Of a stretch of 64,000 nt of DNA, positions 36,177 through 46,028 are shown piece after piece; the stretch's first letter is position 1; the number at the start of each line of letters is the position of its first letter. The DNA is from Patescibacteria group bacterium (GTDB lineage: Bacteria; Patescibacteriota; Minisyncoccia; Phycocordibacterales; Phycocordibacteraceae): the NCBI GenBank assembly GCA_019752595.1, contig JAIELV010000001.1:184486-248485 (forward strand), given 5' to 3'. A model generated the notes under the pieces. It was given only the letters and a program-made list of their open reading frames with translations. It was not told the origin of the DNA and made no database searches. The position numbers were made by a program, and so were the translations under genes.

Positions 36177-37121
36177 TTATGATTTCAGAGTCACGCCGTA
36201 CTTTGCCAATCCCTGGCGAAGTTCTTCAACTGCTTTTTCACCAATGCCCTCGATTGAGAGAAGGTCTTCCGCACTCTTTCGTACCAAACCGCCTACAGTT
36301 CGGATACCTGCCGTTGTAAGCGCGTTTGCGGTGCGTGTTGAGAGTTCAAGAGATTCAACGCGGGTCTTCATGACGTCCTCGCGTGTCTCTGCGCCCATTT
36401 CTTCCTCTTCTTCAGCTGATACAGGTTCGTCTTCTTTGAAGCCTACAACTGCTTTCAACTGCTGAATCATGACACCGATTGAATGTTCCAATGCTTCACG
36501 TGGGGTCAATGTGCCGTCTGTTTCAATCATAATGCGCAAACGATTGAAGTCAGTTCTGTCGCCAACGCGCATGTTCTCCACTTCGTAGTTCACGCGGCGG
36601 ATAGGTGTAAAGACTGCATCAAGCGCGATAGTGCCGATATCAACGCGCTCCTTCTGAACGATTTCTTTCGGGACGTAGCCCAAGCCAGTATCGACAGTAA
36701 TTTCCATTTCCAACTTTGCGCTCTTGTCAGTAATTTCTGCAATGTGCGCTTCGGGGTTCAAAATTTCAACCTGACCAGGAGTCTGGATATTTTTTGCAGT
36801 AACGGTTTCAACGCCTTTCACTGAAAGCGTGAGCGAGTGTGACTGATTATCAAGAATCTTCAAACGAACTTTCTTCAAGTTAAGGATGATGGAGATAACG
36901 TCTTCCTTAACACCTGAAAGCGTACCGAACTCATGAGAAACGCCGTCAATTTTGACCGAAACAATAGCAGAGCCTGGAATTGAAGAGAGGATGATACGGC
37001 GAAGAGAGTTACCGAGCGTATGGCCGTACCCAGGGTACAAACCGTCAATTTCATAGACACCTGTCTTACCTTCTTCGGAAACGATGCGAGGCTTTGAGGG
37101 AAGTGAGATTGAATAGTCCAT
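36177..37121 (-). CDS. rpoA: RNA polymerase subunit alpha
   Basis: GYGHTLGNSLRRIILSSIPG, GVKEDV, alpha-CTD LELSTRTANAL. Confidence 0.98.
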   Translation of the reverse strand: MDYSISLPSKPRIVSEEGKTGVYEIDGLYPGYGHTLGNSLRRIILSSIPGSAIVSVKIDGVSHEFGTLSGVKEDVISIILNLKKVRLKILDNQSHSLTLSVKGVETVTAKNIQTPGQVEILNPEAHIAEITDKSAKLEMEITVDTGLGYVPKEIVQKERVDIGTIALDAVFTPIRRVNYEVENMRVGDRTDFNRLRIMIETDGTLTPREALEHSIGVMIQQLKAVVGFKEDEPVSAEEEEEMGAETREDVMKTRVESLELSTRTANALTTAGIRTVGGLVRKSAEDLLSIEGIGEKAVEELRQGLAKYGVTLKS

Positions 37122-37154
37122 AATAAAAAATTAGCTCTATTAAAGATGTGAAGC

Positions 37155-37757
37155 TTATCGGGTGTAATACTCGAACACTGCGCCCATGTCAGCTGCGGCG
37201 TCCTGCTCTGCAAGTACTGGATCTTTAGTCATTGTGCCTTCAAGCGTACCTGTATCGAATGAAACCCATGACGGCATTTTAAATTCCTTCATTTTATCTA
37301 CGACATTTGCAAACAACGCGCTTCCTCGACTTCCTTCGCGAATAGCTACTGTGTCTGAAGAAGACACGCGGTATGAAGGAATGGTGACGCGACGACCATT
37401 AACCGTGAAGTGACCGTGAGAGACCAACTGTCGCGCATGACGACGTGTAAGCGCAAGACCCATACGATACACAACAGAATCGAGACGGGTTTCGAGCTCA
37501 TTGAACAAAGTCGTCTGCGGATTTGAAGATTCAAGCGCGCGCTTCACGTACATAGAAAACTGCTTCTCAGTCAAACCGTACGTCAGACGCATCTTCTGCT
37601 TTTCAATCAACTGACGCTGGAAGTCTGAACCTCCACGACGACCTTTTTTGTTTTTCTCAGAACGTTCTTTTGAAAGAACGAAACGCTGTGTTTGCGTTTT
37701 TTCGAAGATAGGGCTACCCAATCTTTTTGCAATTTTATATCGTGGTCCTAGTTTCAT
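37155..37757 (-). CDS. rpsD: 30S ribosomal protein S4
   Basis: EKQKMR..YG, LETRLDSVVYR, ARQLVSHGH. Confidence 0.97.
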   Translation of the reverse strand: MKLGPRYKIAKRLGSPIFEKTQTQRFVLSKERSEKNKKGRRGGSDFQRQLIEKQKMRLTYGLTEKQFSMYVKRALESSNPQTTLFNELETRLDSVVYRMGLALTRRHARQLVSHGHFTVNGRRVTIPSYRVSSSDTVAIREGSRGSALFANVVDKMKEFKMPSWVSFDTGTLEGTMTKDPVLAEQDAAADMGAVFEYYTR

Positions 37758-37769
37758 ATATCAAAAATA

Positions 37770-38204
37770 TTAGACGCGACGAGGCTTACATGGGCGAGGG
37801 CCGTTATGAGGCACTGGAGTGACATCGTGAATTGAGAGCACCTGAATCCCCTTACCTGCAAACGCACGAAGTGCTGACTCGCGACCTGAACCTACACCTT
37901 TAATGTAGACATCCACTTCTTTAACACCAATAGTTGCTGACTTTTCGCCAATAACCTCTCCCACCTTTGCAGCTGCAAACGGAGTTGATTTTCTGTTACC
38001 CGTAAAGCCCATTGAGCCTGACGAAGCCCACATTACCGTGCCACCGTTAACGTCCGCGAGAGAAACACGAGTGTTGTTGTAGCTCGATTCAATATGCAAA
38101 ACTGCGCGATCCAATTTGCGCTTTGCAATTTTAGAAAGAGCGCGATCCCGCTTACCAGAATCAACACCGCTTCCCTGCTTTTTAAGAATTCGTCTTTTTC
38201 CCAT
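37770..38204 (-). CDS. rpsK: 30S ribosomal protein S11
   Basis: RKSTPFAA, GSGRESA, DVTPVPHNG. Confidence 0.97.
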   Translation of the reverse strand: MGKRRILKKQGSGVDSGKRDRALSKIAKRKLDRAVLHIESSYNNTRVSLADVNGGTVMWASSGSMGFTGNRKSTPFAAAKVGEVIGEKSATIGVKEVDVYIKGVGSGRESALRAFAGKGIQVLSIHDVTPVPHNGPRPCKPRRV

Positions 38205-38210
38205 AGTATT

Positions 38211-38591
38211 TTATGTTTTCTCAAGCTTACGACGACCTGAACCCATGGTCTTCCTGACGTTACCTCGGACGGTTCGCGAATTAGTTTTCGTGCGCTGTCC
38301 GCGGGTTGGAAGGCCTCTCGTGTGGCGGATGCCTCTGTGCGCCTTAATGTCTTTTAAGCGTTTTACGTTTCCTGAAACTTCTCTGCGCAAATCGCCCTCG
38401 ATGGTGTAAGCCTCAACTGCTTGTCTGATTGCTTGTTCTTTTTCTGCAGACAAATCCTTTGCAAGTGCGTTCCCCGCTACTCCTGTTTTCTTCAAAATGT
38501 CAGCTGCGCGGTTAGGGCCAATACCATAAACTGCCGTCAATGCGTGCGATAAATGCTTCGTATCTGGAATGGTAATGCCTGCTATACGCAT
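38211..38591 (-). CDS. rpsM: 30S ribosomal protein S13
   Basis: RIAG, YGIG, GLPTRGQRTKTNSRT. Confidence 0.97.
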   Translation of the reverse strand: MRIAGITIPDTKHLSHALTAVYGIGPNRAADILKKTGVAGNALAKDLSAEKEQAIRQAVEAYTIEGDLRREVSGNVKRLKDIKAHRGIRHTRGLPTRGQRTKTNSRTVRGNVRKTMGSGRRKLEKT

Positions 38592-38596
38592 GTGAT

Positions 38597-38716
38597 TTAG
38601 TAGCCCTGACGCGCTTTACGGCGTGGATTTCTCTTATTGATTCTGTACAAACGACCACGACGACGAACCAAAATGTCGCCAGCCTGTTGGACCTTGAGTG
38701 ATGCGAGTACTTTCAT
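38597..38716 (-). CDS. rpmJ: 50S ribosomal protein L36, cysteine-free (zinc-independent) type
   Basis: Hand translation MKVLASLKVQQAGDILVRRRGRLYRINKRNPRRKARQGY; lies between infA and rpsM. Confidence 0.93.
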   Translation of the reverse strand: MKVLASLKVQQAGDILVRRRGRLYRINKRNPRRKARQGY

Positions 38717-38723
38717 AAATGAA

Positions 38724-38942
38724 TTAGAGTCTGCGCACTATTCGTGCACGGCCCCCGTACGGATCGAGGATCATGGCAACCTTATCGCCGACGAGAACAC
38801 GAATTCTGTGAAGTCGCATTTTACCTGCAAGGTATGCAAGTATTTCTTCGCCGCCTTCTAAGGTGACGCGAAAGAGAGCATTCGGCAGAGACTCGGCCAC
38901 TTGGCCGATAACCTCCTCCGTCGTGTCTTTCGGGCGTACCAT
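38724..38942 (-). CDS. infA: translation initiation factor IF-1
   Basis: ESLPNALFRV, GKMRLHRIRVLVGDKV. Confidence 0.97.
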   Translation of the reverse strand: MVRPKDTTEEVIGQVAESLPNALFRVTLEGGEEILAYLAGKMRLHRIRVLVGDKVAMILDPYGGRARIVRRL

Positions 38943-38994
38943 TTGATCGTATCTGAAACCGACTAGGGCGAAAGCTATAGTAACAGAAACAGCC

Positions 38995-40290
38995 TTACTG
39001 CGTCAAGCCTTCGGCGGGGGCTATCTCTACTTTTACGTTCTTTGCGTCCATAGGAATTTGGACCCTCCAGAACGGGTAGACTTTGACAAGCAAATCTGCG
39101 ATACCAGGGTACTGTGCAAGGACCTCATTCACGGTGTTTTTGCTCTTCCCCAGGAGGTCGTTTGCAAGTTGTTCAGTGGGTATCATGGCTACGAGTGAAG
39201 CAGAACCCGAAACGGTAATTGAGAACGGCGAATCTGTACCCACGGAATCAGGAGTTGTGACTTTGACTGTAAGCGAAGCGGGGTTTTCGACCATAAGGGG
39301 CGTGTTTGCAGTCACCGCTCCTGCTGTTGCCAAGGCCTGTGCGAATGCAGCCTGAGGGAATGCAGGGGCAGAAGCAGTACCAGAAACACGCACAATTGCA
39401 TTGCTACCTTCTGCGGTGTCGGTTCCTTCTGCGTATACAACAGAGATAGTGTCAGCAAAAATCAAATAGTCAGCAGGAGCATTTTGCTGAAGCTTATCTC
39501 GGAGTGCGCGGTCAAGCTCTGCCTTGAGTTCTGAAACTGTCTGGGCGCGAAGCGAAGGTTCTACAACCGCCTGTTTGCCAACAAACCCACCACTCATAGG
39601 TGTTTTTGATTTCGCGTAAATAAGTTCCGCTTGTTTTGGATCTTTAAGCCCAGGCAATTTGAAATCTGAGAGACCTATGTTGTATGTCTCACCGGGTTCC
39701 GACGCATACACCGTGACGTCAAGACTTCCAGGAACCTTGATACCCGCCTTCATGGTGTAGCCAGGAACCACTATTGGAGTGTGCACGCGGTAAATTTTCC
39801 CTTCAGGAGTTTCGAAGCGGGTGTTCGTGATAAGGCGTTCAGACTTTGTGCTGAATGCGTTGTAGACGGTTATGGTGCCTGACGCTCTGTTTTCTACGTC
39901 CTTAGTTCCTGTTGCAGGTACCGATTTTGTTTTTGTATCTTCAGAGGTAACTTTTTTATGCGGGAGAAGCGGATTTTCTGAAGACGTTTCAAATGTTGAA
40001 TCGACGGTTGCCGTATAGCGATGTGGTGTGACGACCACGTCAGCCCGATGGAAAAATACACTAACCGCTGCGAGTGCGGCTGCGACGAGAATAAGAGCTC
40101 CAACAACAAAAATAACCAGATTCACAGGACCTTTCGGTCTATCGGGGCGCAAATCCAGTGGTTGTGGCGGAGTGGGGGGCGGTGGTGGCGGAGGAGTGGT
40201 GCCCACAGGGTTCATATTCGGACGAATAGGGCGACTCCGTGCAGGCGGAATTATGTCCTGAATTGAACGATGGGGTTCTTGTTGAGACAT
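38995..40290 (-). CDS. CPR-type single-TM protein with Pro-rich N-terminus and baseplate-J-like beta domain
   Basis: IQDIIPP, poly-Pro, TM, then ASGTITVYN...TRF...G.YN; paired with the FtsA-like gene. Confidence 0.6.
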   Translation of the reverse strand: MSQQEPHRSIQDIIPPARSRPIRPNMNPVGTTPPPPPPPTPPQPLDLRPDRPKGPVNLVIFVVGALILVAAALAAVSVFFHRADVVVTPHRYTATVDSTFETSSENPLLPHKKVTSEDTKTKSVPATGTKDVENRASGTITVYNAFSTKSERLITNTRFETPEGKIYRVHTPIVVPGYTMKAGIKVPGSLDVTVYASEPGETYNIGLSDFKLPGLKDPKQAELIYAKSKTPMSGGFVGKQAVVEPSLRAQTVSELKAELDRALRDKLQQNAPADYLIFADTISVVYAEGTDTAEGSNAIVRVSGTASAPAFPQAAFAQALATAGAVTANTPLMVENPASLTVKVTTPDSVGTDSPFSITVSGSASLVAMIPTEQLANDLLGKSKNTVNEVLAQYPGIADLLVKVYPFWRVQIPMDAKNVKVEIAPAEGLTQ

Positions 40291-40315
40291 AGCTTGGATT
40301 TGAAGTATACCTCGC

Positions 40316-41428
40316 TTATGAACGTACCTCTATAAGTCGGTCCCTGTTTCTGTGGAAATACAACGATTCTACGCAAAGGAAAGAGTCGTAAAATGCTTCT
40401 TCTTCAATCATTACAAACGGTTGGAAAAAATCGGGCGGTATAGGGATAGCGCGAGTTGAAAATGCTCCATGGGTTGCAGAAATAAAACTCTCAAGCCATT
40501 TCAACTGTTCGGGGTCTCCAAAAAGGAACGTTGTCTGCGGAATTGCCACCTCGTTTGCAGCAGTTTCAAGGATCGCAGTGAAATTCTTTTTCCATTCTTC
40601 CGCAGCTGCCGAAAATTTACCTCCCACTGCGGCATTCTCGTCATTTGAAAGTTCATTTTTCGCATACAGAGTTAACCGTGAAGCCGCCTCCCCCACGCTT
40701 CCACCTTGCGCGACGGCACGAATGATGGAAAGTGTACCTATGGGGAATGTGCCGATAAAGCGAAAGCCGTCGTGATGGGCCACACCAACATCAGTTATTT
40801 CTCCGCCAACGTCGAGAAGTACGAAGTTTTCCTCGTCACGAAGTGCACGGAGTGCTGCAAACGCAACAAACGCGAATGAATGGAATGTGACTTTTGCGTT
40901 TGGGAACGTCTTTTTCACACTCGCAGTTATCTGATTTACAAACTGAGTGTCTGCCTCCGAAGAATAGTGATTCACACGAAGCGTAGTCCCGAGAAGTGCC
41001 TCTTTAATTGCCGTTGGATAGCCGTTAACGTAGGCCTGACTCACCACAGACTCCAGTAGTGTGCGGCCCTGGGGTGTTGCTTCGTTCTTTTGCGCAAAAT
41101 ACTGCTTAACCGTACGCACTACCGTTTCAGTAGTAACCCGCACAGGACGTTCTGATTTGGTAGTTATTGTCCTTATCTTCGCGTCATACCAAGGCGAAGC
41201 AAGGACAATACGCACGAACTGCGGAGACGCAGTTTTGTGGAAAGATTCCAAGGATTTCGTAACAGCCTGAACCGTGAGTTCAGTGATTGCCGTTTTTGCT
41301 TCTTCCGTTCCAGAAGAAATGGGAGTGCGTACGGTTTTACCGACAACAGGTTGCAGTTTTCCTTTTTCCAAAATACACACGCCGACAGACGCGCTTCCAA
41401 CATCAATAATGCACTCAGTAGAGGCCAT
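40316..41428 (-). CDS. FtsA/PilM-like actin-fold protein
   Basis: IIDVGSASV and LLDVGGEITDV phosphate-loop motifs; VNGY. Confidence 0.65.
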   Translation of the reverse strand: MASTECIIDVGSASVGVCILEKGKLQPVVGKTVRTPISSGTEEAKTAITELTVQAVTKSLESFHKTASPQFVRIVLASPWYDAKIRTITTKSERPVRVTTETVVRTVKQYFAQKNEATPQGRTLLESVVSQAYVNGYPTAIKEALLGTTLRVNHYSSEADTQFVNQITASVKKTFPNAKVTFHSFAFVAFAALRALRDEENFVLLDVGGEITDVGVAHHDGFRFIGTFPIGTLSIIRAVAQGGSVGEAASRLTLYAKNELSNDENAAVGGKFSAAAEEWKKNFTAILETAANEVAIPQTTFLFGDPEQLKWLESFISATHGAFSTRAIPIPPDFFQPFVMIEEEAFYDSFLCVESLYFHRNRDRLIEVRS

Positions 41429-41445
41429 TAGTGCATTCTAACCTG

Positions 41446-43353
41446 TCATTGCACAACAGCTTTGATTCTACGCACACCCTGTGCGACCGCTTCTTCTTTC
41501 AGAATTTTAAATTTCTTTCCGCCTTCACCTATCAGACTCGTGTTTTCTACATGCGGACCGCCACAAAACTCCAACGAGAACGCTTCAGGAATTTTCGGAG
41601 TATCTTGCGTAGCGTCTTTCGGTCCAACTGAATACACCGAAACCATGTCAGGATATTTCACGCCGAATTCCATCTGTGCTCCCAACTTCTCCGCTTCTTC
41701 TCGTGGCATCACGGTTCGAGTGACAGGAAGATTTTGGGAAATGATGTCGTTCACGATGTCTTCTGCTCTCTTTTTCTCCTCGTCGGTCATTTTACGAGGT
41801 GCAGAAAAATCTATGCGCAAACGCTCCGAAGTAATGTTGCTTCCCCGTTGTTTTACTTCTTCGCCGAGAACCATCTGTAAGGCTTTGAGCAGAATGTGGT
41901 GGGTGGTGTGGTACTTCACCGTCTGTTCCTGATGATCGGCAAGCCCCCCTGCAAACTTTTGCGCAGCACCCGCACGAGACTCCTGACGGTGCTTTTCCAT
42001 CGCTTTGTCAAAATCTTCGCGGTTTATGGCAATTCCCTGTTCTTTTGCCAACTCTTCAGTCAATTCAAATGGGAAACCATATGTCGTAAAAAGAACGAAG
42101 GCATCGTCGGCAGATACGCTCCCTTTTGCTGTGATTTTTGAGAGTTCACGCATTCCTTCAGACAGTGTTTTTCTAAATCTTTTTTCTTCCTCAAGAAGTC
42201 CCATGAGAATAGTTGAATGGTTTGCTGAAAGTTCGGAATATTGGTCTTTATATGAAGCAATAATCGAATCAATAATCCTGCTAACCGTACCTTCCTGAAC
42301 CTGTAGCTTGTCCATGTGGCGTACTGCTCGCCGAATAAGACGGCGAAGGATGTATCCCTGGTCGGTATTACTTGGCAACACTCCATCGCCAAGCATGAAG
42401 ATTGCAGCACGCATGTGATCTGCAATCACACGGAATGATGCCTGATATTCAGAGTGATTGTAGTCTTTTCCTGAGCCTGCTGCGATTTCAACAATGATTC
42501 TCTGTAAGACATCAATCATGAAGACGTCGCTTCTGTTGTTTGCTGCCGCCGTGATGCGCTCCAGTCCTCCGCCGTAATCGACATTCTTCTTGGGAAGCGG
42601 GACGAAGCCGTCCGCTGTCCGCATGTACTCCATGAATACGGAATTACCGAGCTCAATGTAACGTCCGCAATCGCAGTTTGGATGGCAATGTTCCCCGTAC
42701 TTCGTGTTGTGCTGAATCTCAGGAAACATGTAAAACATTTCCGTGTCGCCCCCTCCTGGCTCTCCCACAGGCATTTTGTCTGGCGTACCCGAACGACTCC
42801 ACCAATTTTTCTTAGCGTCATAGAAAAAGATCCGCTCACCTGACTTCATGCCGCGCACATATCCGTCTGCTTCCGAGCCGATTTCAGCAATACCGTTTGT
42901 AATTCCTGCTTCCGCGAACATGCTCTGCCAAATTTCTGCTGATTCAGTGTCTTTAGGAATATTATTTGAAGGGTCACCGATAAAACAGGTGACGTAAATC
43001 CTCTCGGGATCAAGCTGTATTTCTTCTGTTAAAAATTGCCAGAACCAACTTATTTGTTCTTTCTTAAAGTAATCGCCCAACGACCAGTTACCAAGCATTT
43101 CAAAGAACGTGGTATGGCGGTTATCACCCACCTCTTCAATGTCACCCGCACGAAACGATTTTTGTGAATCTGCAATCCGTGTGCCCTGCGGATGCGGTTG
43201 CCCAAGAAGGTACGGAATCAGAGGCTGCATGCCTGAGGAGGTGAACAGTGTTGTGGGGTCGTTTTCAGGTACGAGGCGAGACGACGGAACAATGGCGTGT
43301 CCGTTTTTTCTGAAAAAATCTAGGTATTTTTGTCTGACTTCGGAAAGGGTCAT
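41446..43353 (-). CDS. alaS: alanine--tRNA ligase lacking the C-Ala domain
   Basis: DPTTLFTSSGM, HTTFFEMLGNWS, editing motifs HTTHH and EFCGGPH; ends at GVRRIKA. Confidence 0.96.
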   Translation of the reverse strand: MTLSEVRQKYLDFFRKNGHAIVPSSRLVPENDPTTLFTSSGMQPLIPYLLGQPHPQGTRIADSQKSFRAGDIEEVGDNRHTTFFEMLGNWSLGDYFKKEQISWFWQFLTEEIQLDPERIYVTCFIGDPSNNIPKDTESAEIWQSMFAEAGITNGIAEIGSEADGYVRGMKSGERIFFYDAKKNWWSRSGTPDKMPVGEPGGGDTEMFYMFPEIQHNTKYGEHCHPNCDCGRYIELGNSVFMEYMRTADGFVPLPKKNVDYGGGLERITAAANNRSDVFMIDVLQRIIVEIAAGSGKDYNHSEYQASFRVIADHMRAAIFMLGDGVLPSNTDQGYILRRLIRRAVRHMDKLQVQEGTVSRIIDSIIASYKDQYSELSANHSTILMGLLEEEKRFRKTLSEGMRELSKITAKGSVSADDAFVLFTTYGFPFELTEELAKEQGIAINREDFDKAMEKHRQESRAGAAQKFAGGLADHQEQTVKYHTTHHILLKALQMVLGEEVKQRGSNITSERLRIDFSAPRKMTDEEKKRAEDIVNDIISQNLPVTRTVMPREEAEKLGAQMEFGVKYPDMVSVYSVGPKDATQDTPKIPEAFSLEFCGGPHVENTSLIGEGGKKFKILKEEAVAQGVRRIKAVVQ

Positions 43354-43437
43354 CGGTTCAGTCTACAAGCGACGTAGAGCGAGAGCAATAGGAAATAGTA
43401 TTTCTTTTGCCGAACCGAGGATACTTGAAAGCTTTGC

Positions 43438-44721
43438 TTAAAGGAGATTACCGTTTGTATCGATCGCACCCGCAGCGGAAATGGCATCAATCTTGAGATA
43501 TTTGCGCGCTGCAGATTCAACAGTTTTTGCATCCAGTGCCTTTAATTTTGTGACAAAGGCATCGGATTCCGAAGGATTCCCAGTCGTCAGCATGCCTGAA
43601 ATAATTTCTGAGACCGCAGAAAGCGGACTTGAGAATGACACCGCAAGCTTGCCTTCAAGTTCTTGTATCTTTTCTTCATACCTCTTCTGAGGTATGCCTG
43701 CGTTCAAGAATACTTGAATTTCTTTTTCTAGTGTTTCTGTGCCTTTTTTGAAAAGCGTATTTCCAAACATTGCCCACGCAAACCAATAGAAACCATTTCC
43801 CGATTCCCGTCCGCGTATGCGCGCCAGTGTTCCGTAGGTCAAGCCGTCGCGATCTCTCACTGTTTGCATCAGGTGATCAGAGAAACCTCCACCCAAGAGG
43901 TCGAGTGCTGCAAGAACGGCTGGGGTTTCTTTGTCTTCTGACTTCAAGGGAACGTAGGAGCCCATGAAGACATCGACTGATTCTTTTCCTGGAACAGAAG
44001 AGAATGTCTTCTGTACTGCATCTTTCTGTGGCTCCAACTCGACAGGACGCATGACTGACGCAGACGTGTGATTCCAAGCTTTGCCCGCCTCAAGAAGCAG
44101 GTGTTCCATATCTTCAGGACGTATATCGCCGACAACAGCAATTTTCATCGGACCGCAATACGCCTTTTTAAAGAATTCTTTAATGTCGTTGCTTGTAACG
44201 CTTAATGTCTGCGCGCGTTCATCAAGAGGCGCAAAGCGGTACCCAGCGGAATTTGGTGTAAACAATGCTCTCGTGAGGGCGTGGCGAGCCAAAAGACGCG
44301 TATCTTCGGAGTCTTGTAGGCGAGCTGCTGATTCCCGCTCCACAACTTGTATACGCGATGCATCGTTCAGCGCAGGTTCGGTGAGCGCTTCAAACAAAAG
44401 AGAAAGTGCTTCTGGTAGTGCGAGCGTTGTTGCGCGAAGTGTAAACATCACAAACCTTCCATCGGCCCAGAAATTAAGCGATGTTCCTTTTTGTTCAAGA
44501 GTGTTTCTAAAATCCTCGCGAGTTCTCTTCTTAGTACCTTCATCCAACAGTGACGCAAGGACTTCGGCAACAGGCCCTTTCTGGGCTGAGCCGTGCCATG
44601 GGCCTGCTTCTATCGCGCCCGAGAGCGTAACAACACCAGTGCCGTATCGTGGAAGTACTGCAACGTTAAATGCCTGCGTCTTGAATTCCGTAATGCCTCG
44701 TGTGAATTTTAAATCACTCAT
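43438..44721 (-). CDS. M16B peptidase, non-catalytic subunit
   Basis: No HxxEH; VRDRDGLTYG motif; 4-bp overlap with its partner. Confidence 0.85.
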   Translation of the reverse strand: MSDLKFTRGITEFKTQAFNVAVLPRYGTGVVTLSGAIEAGPWHGSAQKGPVAEVLASLLDEGTKKRTREDFRNTLEQKGTSLNFWADGRFVMFTLRATTLALPEALSLLFEALTEPALNDASRIQVVERESAARLQDSEDTRLLARHALTRALFTPNSAGYRFAPLDERAQTLSVTSNDIKEFFKKAYCGPMKIAVVGDIRPEDMEHLLLEAGKAWNHTSASVMRPVELEPQKDAVQKTFSSVPGKESVDVFMGSYVPLKSEDKETPAVLAALDLLGGGFSDHLMQTVRDRDGLTYGTLARIRGRESGNGFYWFAWAMFGNTLFKKGTETLEKEIQVFLNAGIPQKRYEEKIQELEGKLAVSFSSPLSAVSEIISGMLTTGNPSESDAFVTKLKALDAKTVESAARKYLKIDAISAAGAIDTNGNLL

Positions 44722-46004
44722 ACGGCTTTCAAATATCCAACAGTGACTAAATCTTTTCCTAGGTACTTCTTTGCCGCCTCTGCAACCTCTGTGAGAGTTA
44801 CCTGCTGAAGTTTATGTTGAAACGAATAGGTGTCCTTCCAGTCACCGCGTGCAATTGACTCATTCATTGCTGACAGCATTCCTGCAACGGAAGAAAGTGA
44901 GTAAAGTCTGTCAGCAATTTTAAAGTGAACAGCACGCTCAAGGTCAGCTTCCTTTAGCTCACCCTTTGCAACAGATTCAACGATTTCAAAAATAACCTGC
45001 TCAACTTTTTCATGCGGAACGTTTTCAGAAAGCGCGACATATATTTCAAATAACGAGGGGTCTTTAAACCGTGGGAAATCGGCATGAAGCTCAGTCGCGA
45101 GCCCAGTATCGATAAGTGCACGATACAAAAGGCTTGATTTACCTTTTGAAAGCACTGCGGAAAGCGCTGAAACGGCATAGGCATCATCTGCAAGCCCAGC
45201 GGGTGCTTTGAAACACATCATGAGCGCGTTCACGGCGCCCTGGCGCTTCAACTCAAACCTACGCTCGCCTTTTTGTTCTGGCTCAACATGAAATTCTGGT
45301 TCAATGATTTCTCCTTTCGCGAATGAACCGAAAGCTTCTTCTGCAAGAAGTAATGCCGATTCAGTGTCTGTGTCACCGACAATCGTCACCGTAGCGTTAT
45401 TTGGCCAATAGAATGCGTCATAAAACTTTTTTAACTTCTCTACCGTTATGCCTTCAATGTCTTCCTTTGTTCCAATTGTTGGTATGCGGTACGGGTGAAC
45501 AGAAAAAGCTTGATACCACGCCTGTTTACCCAAGCGTTGCATCGGATCGTTCTCGCCTGATTCGTATTCGTTTCTAACTACGGTCATTTCAGATGCCAAA
45601 TCCTCAGCGCGCAGAAGTGCATTTCTCATTCTGTCGGCCTCAATGTGCAAAGCATCTTCTTTTAGAGAGACAGGAGAAATCCAGTAGTAGTTTGTTCTAT
45701 CACACCAGGTGGTTGCGTTTCCTTGCGAACCCTTTTTCTCTAAGAGCGACCAAATACCATTCCCCTTTTTCGGGTCGTATTTTTTTGAACCCTTAAACAT
45801 CAGATGTTCAAGAATATGCGTCGCACCAGTGTGGCCTGGGAGTTCGTGACGGCTACCCACATGATACGTGACCATAGTCCCAATGACGGGGAGTTCTCTT
45901 TTTTCGGCAATCAATAGTTTGAGACCGTTCTTTCTGTGTATGTACGACGAGAAACCGTGCGCCTCCTCAACAAGTTCAAAATCATGTGTTTTCCCCTTCG
46001 GCAT
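44718..46004 (-). CDS. M16B zinc peptidase, catalytic subunit
   Basis: GATHILEHLMFKGS (HxxEH), NATT, EMTVVRNE. Confidence 0.92.
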   Translation of the reverse strand: MPKGKTHDFELVEEAHGFSSYIHRKNGLKLLIAEKRELPVIGTMVTYHVGSRHELPGHTGATHILEHLMFKGSKKYDPKKGNGIWSLLEKKGSQGNATTWCDRTNYYWISPVSLKEDALHIEADRMRNALLRAEDLASEMTVVRNEYESGENDPMQRLGKQAWYQAFSVHPYRIPTIGTKEDIEGITVEKLKKFYDAFYWPNNATVTIVGDTDTESALLLAEEAFGSFAKGEIIEPEFHVEPEQKGERRFELKRQGAVNALMMCFKAPAGLADDAYAVSALSAVLSKGKSSLLYRALIDTGLATELHADFPRFKDPSLFEIYVALSENVPHEKVEQVIFEIVESVAKGELKEADLERAVHFKIADRLYSLSSVAGMLSAMNESIARGDWKDTYSFQHKLQQVTLTEVAEAAKKYLGKDLVTVGYLKAV

Positions 46005-46028
46005 GAGTATCTACAATACACTATTCTC

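Noticed and set aside
38995-40290. Prophage, suggested by the baseplate-J-like domain
   Set aside because: The protein is membrane-anchored, flanked by housekeeping genes, and no other phage genes are present.
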